DNA from: Takakia lepidozioides
Taxonomy: Eukaryota; Plantae; Bryophyta
Reading direction: 5' to 3'
Assembly: GCA_030704615.1 (NCBI GenBank)
Contig: CM060733.1
Location: 1,798,001-1,862,000, forward strand
Length of the DNA stretch: 64,000 nucleotides
Shown here piece after piece: positions 49,810 through 61,800 of the stretch. The notes under the pieces were generated by a model. It saw nothing but the letters and a program-made list of their open reading frames with translations. It was not told the DNA's origin and did not search any database. The number at the start of each line of letters is the position of its first letter. Within the stretch, counting starts at the first letter, position 1. The translations under genes were made by a program, and so were the position numbers.

Positions 49810-52800
49810 GAGAGGCTTAGGTGCCAGGGCAAATGTAAGTCCAACTCCCATCCCACCAGGCCCAAGTTCACGAGCTGTGGATGAACCAGATACGGCAGCG
49901 CCCAAGCCAAAATCTGGTGGAGCAATTGTAAATGGGGATGGACGGGTTTCATCTTCCTTGGCTGAAGCAGCATGGCCCAGGCAGATGCATTCTGAGCAGG
50001 ATGCGGAATTCTCCTTGTCTTTTGACAATGAAAGCACCCCTGGCCTTACTGTGGTCAAGATTCAAGGGGTGGACCAAGAGAATCTGCTAGCAGATGTAAC
50101 CAGCAGCTTCAGTGAAATGAGTTTCAGGCAAGTCAAACTTCCAGTGGTGCTATTTTCAGTACCATTCTTATTTTAGTAACAGTGACTCAACACGTCTGCT
50201 CAATGCCTGCCAACCAAGTAAAGTGATGTGGGGTTGAGGGCTGCACAAGGGAGCTTCCAGTGGTTGCGTCTGTGCTCTCTCTCTGTTGTTTCCTTGATCT
50301 TGGAGAGAAGGACAAGATACATCTCATCTACTTGTGTGCCCAACTTGGTCTTTTCTGCACCCCACCCCTCCACCTCCCACCTTTACTCATAGGCTACGTC
50401 CCATTCCTCTGCAGGTAACTTGGGGTACTCCCCCTGCGATCACTATCAGCCAGGGATGAAACCAAAGATCATTTCTATAAAGCTAGATCTACTGAAAATT
50501 TGCCAATTGTTGGGAGCTTATCTTGAAATGACCTGGGCAATTATAGTTCTTCATGCCCACCTATCTCCAAGGATAAATTTCACGAAATTCTCAAGCAAGA
50601 ATTTGTGCTTAAGAGTCACCCTTTTGTTTCAATTGCAACAGTGTGCAGAGTGCAAAGCTGCTGACACAGAATAATCGCACACTAGACGTGTTTGTGGTTA
50701 TGGATATTGAAACCAAGGCAGCCATTCCAGAGGAGAAGTGGGGACATATAAAAGAGAAGATATTGTCCAAGCTGAAGCTACGCAAGGTCCTCAATACCGC
50801 TCTTGACGACCCCAAGCTTGTGGAACAGGTCTGCAAGCATTAGCCATAGTTGCCTTGCCCTTGGCTTGGGTTTTCGGATGACCTCCCCCCTTGGCCCCCC
50901 GGATGGACAGTTGCACCCTACAAAGGGGATGATTGGTCCAGAAGATGGAGTGAGGGATATGATTTGCATATATCGTAGGTAGTCCTTGAACTTTTTCCTC
51001 AACTGGTACATGGGCGATTAGCTTCAAAATATGGTGTTGAATTTGAGAGCCTTTGATAGTCGTTTCTAGGGAGGGAGTGATGTCATAAGACTGGGGGATT
51101 GGAACAGGTGGCGTTCCTTACATCTGCATTGGACAAGGTGGTGAGGGCAGACAGCAGACCTGAGGTGGTTGAGGCAGTGAGTACATGCTCTTTACTCTAA
51201 ATTTGTCCTCTTAAAGTGTAAATGTCTTTTGCTCTATGGGAGAAGGACAAAAGTGTGGCAATGCTTGAAGGTTTACTTGGAGGTGAGGATTGTGGTTGGT
51301 AGGCTTACTATTTGCAAAGTGGGTTTGAGCAATTACGATACAAGGAGGATCCGCGCAAGCGAGCTGACTTGCTGCGCTATATCGACAAGATGGAGCAGCC
51401 CATGGTAATTCTTCCCCAATTTGTGTCGAGATGTAAGAGTAGAACACTCTGGTATGCAAGTCAACATTGTTCCTGTTGCTTTGTTGTCACTTCGGTTACA
51501 TCAACCAGGCCTTTTGTGAGAGGTAAAGCTTGGGGAGGGGAGGGTGGGCAAGAGGGGCCGAGAGCATGAAGGAAGGGAGACACTAGTCCCTGTGCAGATT
51601 TTGTGATTTCACAGAACATGAACCTAGCCTTCTGCCTTAAAAGTGAGGGAAGGGGAACAAGAATGAAACACAGATTGGTCAATAGGAGAACTGGCCCCAT
51701 ATCATTCGAGACTTCTTGTCCGTTGTCGCTCAAGTTTCTCAAACTGGCTTTGAGAAAAATATTGTGCAGAGAAAGTTCAATTTCTAACTCTTCTGATGAA
51801 CCTGTTTTGCAGATTACTGCAGTGATAAGGTTATTCTACTTGTATTCGTCTCTTTTAAATGTTGCGGATGAAGCTCATAGTCACCGGCAACGACGAGAAC
51901 AGGTGAAATTTGTGTCTCTAATGCTCATGTGTTTATCATTCCTGTGTTTTAACTGGCTTTTGTTCCTTCTGATTTTGAACAGCTTGAGGTATAGTGTCCT
52001 CATCCTTCCTACCTTTCATACTTTTCTTGGGCATACTGTTGCACTAACCATCTCTCACTTCCAACCATTTAGTTTCTGGGCAGGCGTCATTTATTCAGTC
52101 ACATACTGCATAGTTAACTCGTATCTCTTAGAATGGTTGCAGGTCTGGGCTAGCAGAAATGCAACACCACTGTGGTATGCATCGTTTGACCATACACTGC
52201 GTTTGTTCAAAAAGGTTGAAGTGGGTGCTGCAGAGCTCCAAGATCTACTGAACAGGACTGAGGTAACAAAGAATGCCATTGTAATGTTTGTGGATGAATG
52301 TATTTGGAGAAGACTCCGGCTGAAATTCGCATAACTAAGAGCCACTTCACCTCACGGTAACTTTCGGGGGTGAGTTCTAGATGGTGGATTGTTTATATGT
52401 ACTAGTGGGTTGTCTCTTTGTCCTCTTTATATGAACTGATATCAGCATTTCTCAAGTGTAAGAACTGATGATGTCTGAATCTCTTACTGATGAGATTCAA
52501 CATGCCATACATTCATTATTGATGTGCAAACAGTAGTTCGAAAAATTCTTGCATCACCTTTGTTTATTTTGATGTTCTTTTAGTGCTCAGATGAGCACCT
52601 TTACGTCCTTCATACTTCCTTAGTGCCTGGCAGGAATGACAATGGGTTGTGTATGTGGGCTGCCAGTAGAATTTTCCTCTGGTCTGCTCATGTATTTGAG
52701 ACCTGTACATCCTTACACCTTCTTTGGTAGGTGAGAATAATGGTTGAGGTGTGGGTGGGCTATCAGTATAATCCAGTGTTCACAGCACACCCCACAGAAG

Positions 52801-55800
52801 CTCGCCGCAGAGAAATCTTGACATGCTTACATCGAATCTTTCTGCTTTGCAATGATCGTGAGGTGACTCCTTTTCTCTTTCTGTGGGTTGGGCTGTTGGT
52901 GCATTTACCCAATGTGGCTTGTCTATCTATGGAACAGCAGGTCCAATTTCCCCCCTTCCAGTGGTTGTTTACTTTGTACCTCAGGCCCTCGGGAGGCCCA
53001 TAGGGATTAGATAGTTTCTTCCTTTAAGATTCTTCTTCAATTCCGCCAACTCCTTTTTTGTTTCGTCTCTCATGTTTTTTCCATTTTGTCCCATAAGCTC
53101 TATGAGCTTTCCGCGGACGTTATAAAGTACCATGTCATTTCATTTCTTCAAAGAGTGCTTCATTGAAGTATCTAAACCCTGATGTTCTCAATGAGAGTTA
53201 TTGATCATATAGCGTGTAGGCAATCCGGGTAAATTTCGATTCTCAAATAACTAGCTATCCAATAGCAGGCCTCTTATCATGGTACTCTCTTAAATGATGT
53301 GGACATGGCTATGCAGGATCCCCGACTGAGTCCAGCACAGAAGACAGAGGTGGAAGCTGAAGTAGAAGCTGAGGTTTGTTCAGTTGACATGTGCTTAGAA
53401 GGTCTGTCTGTCTTGTTTCAAAAAGCAGTGAACAGTGACAGACAACAAAAATCAAGGAAGTTTATGAATCGACAGAGTGTATAAAACCACATAGCAGAAA
53501 AAAGAAAGGCAGTGACAGAGGGGTCTTTGTTCTGTTTTCTCATGGCCTCTGGCTATGCAGACCATACTAATGGTGAACTTATCACAACATAGGGTGAAGA
53601 AGAAGAAAACAGAAACTTATTATCACTGGATGAGACCCAGAGGGCCTAGGACGAATGAGTAACAAACAAACTAACATACAAACCTTTTAGCAAACTTCAT
53701 TTTTGAAGGACCAATGGGATAGAATAGGAAAACAAGAATGAAATGAAATGGTACTTTATAACGTCCGCGGAAAGCTCAAAGAGCTTATGGGACAAAATGG
53801 AAAATAAAGAGAGAGGAAACAAAACCTGAGCCAAAAATCAGCCCAAAAGCAACTACTGCTCAAGGGATTGTCTAAGGGGCAAGGCCTTGTGCAGGTAAGC
53901 TGTCAAGCATTTCTGATCTTCATAGTGGAAGACTTCAGTGAGAGATTGAGTTCCACAGAATAGACAGTGGAATCTCCCACGGATCTCATAATATAGAGGG
54001 CAATAAAAGAAGAAGTTTTCCGGTGCAAGCTGGGCATAAGAAAGAAAGAAATGAAAGGAAGAAAGTACACTTAGGGGGCCCAGAAGGAAAGAGAAACTTT
54101 ATACATATAACTTGGCAGGGGTGCTTTATTGCAGATCGAGATACTGTGGAGGACAGATGAGATGCGAACAAAGAAACCAACGGTTCTGGAAGAGATTGTA
54201 ACAGGGCTTGATTACTTTCGCTACTCCCTTTTTGAGGCTGTCTGCACTACCTACCGATATGCTGAGAACTCGTTGAATGTGAGTGTGAAACCTCAAATCC
54301 TGTCTTCTGCATTCTAGGTGACTATGTGTATGCACATATGAGGGTCTTCACCCCTTTGCCATTGGTAGTGCTTTCATTTCTGTTAATTACTGATTGACAT
54401 GTTCAAATTTTATCGGGCCAGGCAATCTATGTGGGTGAGGGTGTGGTGGTACCCAGTTTCATCAAATTTGGTTCTTGGATTGGTGGCGATCGTGATGGAA
54501 ATCCCTTTGGTGTGTAATTGAAATCCTGCAACTCTTCCAATGTTGATTCATCGTGAGATTTTTGGCCAATACTTTTTTTGTACAGGACCATAGGGCTTCA
54601 AAATTGCAACAGAACTACCAATCCAAGTGAATATATGTACTTTGTATTTACTCCTGCAAAAGCATCCGAGGGAGTTGGACAGTCTGATTGAAAAAGGACC
54701 TAGGATTTTATCATTAACTGTCGGTTGGAGGTTTGTTGTAGTGGCCTGCCCTTGTTAGTTATCATAGGGGCTACCAATTGTTCAAACTCTTGTTTGATGG
54801 ACTGATGTGTAAGCATATGACAAAGGAAGACCTCTGGTATCCAGCAGGACTTATAGCATTCTGTTGTTTACGCCCAATGGCAACTCACTGATGTTCATGT
54901 GGGGCCAGTGTTACCTGAAACCACATTCATGGCTGCGCTGCTGCAAAGTCGACTGATTCTTGCAGAATACATCCGCCGCTGCCGTACCTGCCAGGTGGAC
55001 GCTTTTTAACGTTATGAAGTTGCTTCTTCTTTTCATCTCTGCCCTGGGAATGCATCTTTCAGCTGGGAGCAGTTGCTTCTTTTTCGAGGAGTGTTGTGAG
55101 ATCTGTATCCAGTGCATTCTTTGATGGTTCTCAAACTTTTCTCATCTTGGGATTTTCTAAGATGGTTTGATGATTGGGAACTTCCCCACTAGAGCTAGCT
55201 AGTAAATGGACGATTACAAATTTTGCCTACCTGCAATCGTCAGGATATGATTCCCTTCCCTGTACTGTACACGTTTTCCTCATTAGTAGAAAAAAAGATT
55301 GCTATATAAGGTTTTAGAAGTTCTTATTCCAATTCAAGAGTTGCTATGGTAAGCTTGCCGAAGCAAAGAAGCGGGTAAGCCTATGGGGGAATCCACCCAG
55401 GAGCCTGATGGATCACAGTCAGTGAATGAGTTACATGTACAATCAGCGTGCTGAGTGTGCACTGTCTTGCGTTGCAGGACATGCTCACGCACTCGCTATT
55501 GGTATGCAAAGTGTCACAGGAGCTGCTAGACAACCTAGCAGAGGACACAAAAGTGATGGAGCAAATCCCATCTATCCGATTCGATGGTGCCGATGACCAG
55601 GTATGTCGCTCATAATCAGGCAATGACCACATCTTGATCTCACTTTGGCACTAGGAACATCAACTGAAGTGGGAAAGGGCTTGAGAACGTCCACAGGAGA
55701 CTCAAATATCTTGTGAAAGATCTCTCACTATAAAGAAAGGAGCAACTAGCCGGAAAAATGTGAGGCCCACATAATTCGAATTGCCTTTCTTTACTTCCAC

Positions 55801-58800
55801 GGGAGGGCGCATGGGTCGAAGTAGGAGAGGCATGAGGCGATGGAGAGAAAATTTGTTGTTTGTGAAGTGCAGCGAGAGTTAAAGCCCTCATTGCCAGAAA
55901 CAGTACGCAGCACCAAACTCTCATTGCTATTGTCTGCCAGTGGACTAAAATGGACCTCTTATCATTATTGCAGGAGCCATATAGATTGAAACTAAGAGTG
56001 ATGAGACATCGGCTAGAGCAAAACCTTCGTATTGTGAATGCTGGCTTGCGTGGACTAGGGAAAGCTGGCATTCGTGACGAGGTGTGATTTGTGAACCCTA
56101 TCCTTCTTGTGGTTCCCATTTTCGTGTGGTTCAACGGTAGTAGAAGACATCTTTTGACTGCCCTCAGATTGTGGGAGTTGTCAAAAAACATGAAATAAAA
56201 TCAAATGAAATGGTACTTGCCAAAGTCACTTGTTATGCCAAGGCAGAGGCCAGCAGCTAAAATTTTATGTCCAAAAGAGAAATGAAATGAAATGGTGCTT
56301 TATAACGTCCGCGGAAAGCTCATAGAGCAGTTTCTTTCTGCATAGAGAGAAGGAATGATATGGTACTTATAAACGTCCACAATGTAACAAAAGAAAGAAA
56401 CTCTACTATATACTGTAAACAGGGGCCCCAAGGACCCAGGGGACCAAGTAAACAAGAAGAAACCACTTCAGCAAACATGAAACACCGAGCACCACTTGGC
56501 ATGCCACTGGCAGCCGGATGGTGTGAAGGAGTCTTTGGTTGACCCTTAGATTTTATGTTAGACATATTTTGAGATGGTTTTCCTCACAGAAGACAACAAC
56601 GTAGATGTTGCACATTGGCTTGGATGTTGGCAGACACAAAAGGCTCGGTCATCTGAGTCAAAGCATAGCCCTATGGAGCTGGGCTTCATCTTGAAAACAA
56701 GCAGACTGCTGGCTTGACTGATGTGTCGAGTGGTGGATGGTATGGTGGGCATGCAGTTGCTAATAGACATTGAGTACAACCTGGATGAGATTCCTGGACT
56801 GGATCCCAAAAAGGATGCCTATACCAACGAGGATGAGTTTCTTGAAGATCTTAGGCTCATCGATGTGAGTCTTTGTCAGTCATATCTCAGCTTGTGCTTT
56901 GAAGTTGGAGACATCTAGGTCCTTTTACCTGCCAAAATATATATTTTCTTTGCTGAAAATCCTCTAACCTTAGATCAGTACTTCTCAGTGCTTTTTTGGC
57001 TACCTTTAAATGTAAGTATGGAGATATCTCGATATTTATGAGGATATCCTCTTCAAGGCACCTATAAGGGCATGCCCCGTGAAGTACAAAGGGGTTGACC
57101 CCGTACTGACATGAACAGGTGACAGTACAACTAAATCCAATACAACTGGGGGATCCACTATGGTTCTTTTTTAGAGATCTCAACATTGAGGGTTGTTGGA
57201 TTTTGTTAGCAGGGTTTGTTAGTGTGTTCTTTTCTAAACCTTGTGGGGGGTGAAAATTTGCAGCCCTGTGGCATTGTTCCCTGTGAGGAGGGATCAATTC
57301 TGCTTGTGCTTATGATATTATTCCATTCCCCTACTATGTACTTCTTTGGTGGGCTCTGCACGAAGGACTCAAGTCTAATTTTCCAGATCTTGTGAGTCTT
57401 TCACAGGGCAGTTCTGCATTAATTGTTGACTTGGTCATCACAGTTCAGATAAAAACCAGGCCAATCTTAGAAGATCATCGCTATGATGTCCTTCTTTCAT
57501 CTCCCCAGGTGGTGTGCAAGACATATATTATTACCTTACAGACAGTTTTGTGTACGCCCTGGAAATTTGCAGAGGTCATTACGAAGTTGCGGAGATATAC
57601 GACTGGCTGATAGCAAGCTAAAGGACCTTATTCGCTTGGCAGAAACTTTTGGGTTCTATCTCTGTGCTCTTGATGTCCGTCAGGAGTCGACAGTTCATTC
57701 ACAGGTAGGCTACCTTTTGACAATTCTGAAGCAGTTTTCTTGTTCTGTTTCAAGGCGACAGAGCTCTGAGCTTTTCGTTGGGTGCAGGCCACAGACGAAT
57801 GTATGCGGCTTTTGGGCTTGGCTGAGAACTACAGCTCGCTGTCTGAGGCAGAGCGCATGAACTTACTGGCTGAAACAGTGTCAAGGCCACCCCCCTCGGA
57901 CAAACTTGAGGTGGAAATAACATCTTTTTGGATGAAGCTCCGTGTAGTTACAGTTTTTCAGCCTACCCAAGTGGATCTTCTCAAGTGGATATAAGGGGAG
58001 GGGAGTTCTATCCTTTGGGAGTAAACCTGCATTTGTGCTTGATTTCAGGAATTGCTGCGGTTGATGTCAGAATCGACGAGACAAGTGGTGGACTTGTACG
58101 TTGTCTGTGCGGACATAATGGACACCATATCTCATAAATCAATTTCTTCTTATGTCATTTCCATGACTCGCCAAGCATCCCATGTGATGGAGGTCTGCCC
58201 AACTTTCCGATCTTTGTCTAACATAAATGTGTATCATTTGTAAGAACTTGAGAACTGGCATTTCAGCCTTTGGTCTATTCACAATGATCAAGAACAGACT
58301 CTTAAGTTAACTGGGAGCTTCTTTCAGCCCGTGTATGTTAATTAGGTTATCTCTCCCTCTCTCTCTTTCTCTTTGAGAGAGCGATCAAACTGGGCAAACT
58401 GGGCACGGGGTCAGTGGCCACAAGGCTACGGCAAACAACGCCTTATGAGTACATTCTTTGAGAGAACGTAGTCCCCTCACCTCTGTTCACCAACTTTCAA
58501 AATCTCAAGGCTGGGCCTAAAGCCCTGCCACTGTTGGGGTCTAACTGTTGGGCAGTTGACACACAGCAGATTGATGTTTGTGTGAAGGGCTGTATAGTTA
58601 ATCTGGAAGACCCAAACTAATCACTTAAATGTCAGTAAGTCCCACTGCTGGAGTGAGCCACTCACAATGGTAGTGTCTGCTCCCTTTTGTTCCGCCCAAA
58701 CTGGGTGTGGGGTATGGCCACAAGGCTATGGCAAACAACACTTGTGAGGACATTCTCTTTGTAGTTCTTTGGTCTGATCTTTTCTATGATTTCAACGCTA

Positions 58801-61800
58801 AAATTATGTCTTAGCTGAGTCTTCTGTGTTGTCACCCAAACTCAGTATGTCTCCACCCTCGGTCTGGAACTGATGAAGTCAGTGGGGAGTTATAACAGCT
58901 GGTCACTGTTTTACAGGATGTAGTTGATTCTCCTAGACCGATTCTCTAAGTGCTGAGACAGCAATCTTTCTGTTTTCCTTTCGCTTTGCTGTTGTTTCTT
59001 TCCAGAGGTTCTGTCCCAGTGCCTTTGTTTCCATCAAGAATGCTCTTTTTTACCTTGGATGTTAATTTTTGGTCATAGTTACTAGGCTCTCACATTGATG
59101 TCTGAATCATGTAATACTGTGCTAGTGTCTGGTCCTTGCCTTAGCCAGACATCAGCTCGGTAAGCATGGGGAACGAGAGACCATCCTGCACAAAATAGGC
59201 TTGAGACTTTGGAGGCTCTCTCTTGAGATTCTCTAAGCAAGTGAATCATCAGAGTTAAATTTCCTGACAGCCATGATTTCTCCATCTCTTGATGAGACGG
59301 GCTTGAGTGACTGCTTGAAGAGACCACCTACACCCGCTAACAAGGACTGAACAGGTTTTTCTCAGCACATAGAATGTGATGAAACTCCAAAACCCTCTCA
59401 ACTTCAAACACATGCACATCTTTCTGACATTTGCATGTGAAATTCTTGTCCCAAAGTAGTAGCACTTCCAATGCACAGTTGCCTTGAGGTTGGCTTCCTG
59501 TGAACAGCTTTTACAGCCCTTTGAACAGTTCTCACCAAGGGTGTTGGTGAGCAGGTGTTGTTCCTAGGATGGTTTGTTTGCAAAGGCCTTATAGAGAAGA
59601 AGGCATCTGGCGATTGGTTAGCACGACTGGTGGTCTCCCCTCTCTTTGAGACAATCCCAGATCTGGAGGTACCTGACCGTGACTGTAATAGGTTGTGCGA
59701 AGAAGTTGAATTCACTTGTGCTGGCCAATATTGCCGATGAAAGTCACTTGTGTTAGTATGGTTATGTTGCTTTAGAAGTTATTGGGGATGTCTGTAGCCA
59801 AATCAATATTCACCTGTACATTTATTCGTCTCTGTAAGATGACTGGTGGGTGTGCAGCATATGCCAGATGCTTTACAAGTGCTGCTAGGTAACAAGACCT
59901 ACAGGGCCATCCTTGACGCTTCCGGTGGTGTTCAGGTCTGCCCCTGTTCTCTGCTTTTTTCCAATACCGAAACTTTCAAATTGTTTGTCATGGCTGGTGG
60001 GTGTGTTGGACTTGCCTATCATGCCTTCTGGTTGTTTGGTTTTGTTTATGAATGGTGTTGTTCCCTCCTCCTTCCCATCTAAATTGAAGCTGGCAGTCTA
60101 TACTGTCACACTAACACTTTCTACTGGATTGCCCAGTAGCATCATAGGCAATGGATTCGGAACAAGAAGGAAGGGTGACTGAAGGAGGGATTGGGCACAG
60201 GAGGTGATGCTCGGTTACTCCGATTCATGCAAAGATGGAGGCATTACTGCTAGTGCATACAATCTGTACAAAGCACAAGTAGTAGTTCAGAAACTCACCA
60301 AGGAAGCAGGTGTGAAGTCATGCATTTTCCATGGCCGAGGTGGCACTGTTGGTCGTGGGGCTGGCCCTACCCACGAGAGTATCCTCTCCCAGGTAGGTTT
60401 GTGGGCATAAAATGTTTACAGTCTCTCAGAAATGGTTGGTGGCAGCTTACCTCTTCGTGCAGCGGCTTTGTTTTCTTGTGCTTGGTTTGTTTGTCATGTA
60501 TTGTTTTCCCATATGCTCTTTCAGCTTGATGTGGAGCATTTCCTTTCGTTATTCTTTTTATCTTTGCTGTCTTTCTTTCATTTTCATTCCACTTTGTCCC
60601 ATAAGCTCTACGAGCCTTCCGCGGACGTTATAAAGCACCATTTCATTACATTTCTTGGCTTGTTCTACCTTGTCCCATGGGGCCCCCTCCATGGACACTA
60701 CAGATTTTCTTTCTTCTAATTTCTAGGAGGTTAGAGGGAACACCTTTGGTAACCACAATCAGAACTGTGGCCATGCCAAGGGGTAGAAATACACCCAGTC
60801 CAGACAGCCAGAGAAGTTCCTTCTCTCTCTGAAGTTCTTTCTTATTGTCTGACTGTCCCATGGCCCTTGGGGAATTCTTTCTTTCTCTTTGGGTGACATT
60901 TGATATATGTTGATGTGGTTTTCCCCTTTATTCCACTTTGCCCCAGAGGGCTTTGGTGCCCTCTGGGGATGTTTTAAGTTTCTCTCTCTCTGTGGACATT
61001 ATAGACTTTCTTTCTTTCTCCTGGCATCATTTATTTTTCTCCTGCCCTAGATGGAGTGATAGCATGGACAGATACTAGGATACCCCTCTGAGGAATTTTT
61101 CAAGTTTTTTGGTTTTTTAGATGCCTTCTGTGCCTCGTCTGGATGGAATTAATTTCGTCTTGTTCATCTCTCAAAAGTGATCTCACCTGTCCTCTCATGT
61201 ATATCTTGGCAGCCACCAGGCAGTGTTGATGGAAAAATCAAGTTCACAGAACAGGGTGAAGTCATCACATATCGATATGGAAACTCCCAAACAGCTGCAT
61301 ATGAATTGACAGTAAGTTGTCCACCTCTCGGATGCTGTTGTTTCTAACATTTTACCCTTGAGTCAGGAAGCTCTGAGCTATGTTTGCTAATGGTTTCTGC
61401 TTGAGGTTGCTTTCTGGTTACCATTTTCAGATGGAACATTCCTCACATGATATCTTTATTAAAATGGATTTGGGTGATGATGACAGGTGGGCATAACAGG
61501 GCTCCTGAAGGCCAGTTGCCCTGCCATTCAACCGTGTGATTCTATAAACCCCAAGGTCTTTCTCGCTTTTGCTCCACTTTGTCCAATGGGCCCTCAAGCA
61601 CCCCCCATGGACGTTATGAAGTTTCTTTCTTTTTGCTCGCATCCTCTCTTTCTTCATCTCTGGAATAAAGGGGCTGGTCTCAGGCTGTCAGTTATAAAGC
61701 ATAGGTGGCAGTCTTGTTACATGTAGGTTTCTCAATAAGTGGAATAGTAAACTAAAGATTTTCATGTAGCATGCGTTGAGTAATATCAGTTGGTGTGGGC

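Noticed and set aside
51603-52334. 243-aa ORF with an apparent membrane segment in PEPC
   Set aside because: It spans two phase-0 exons and a T-rich intron; the hydrophobic part is intronic.
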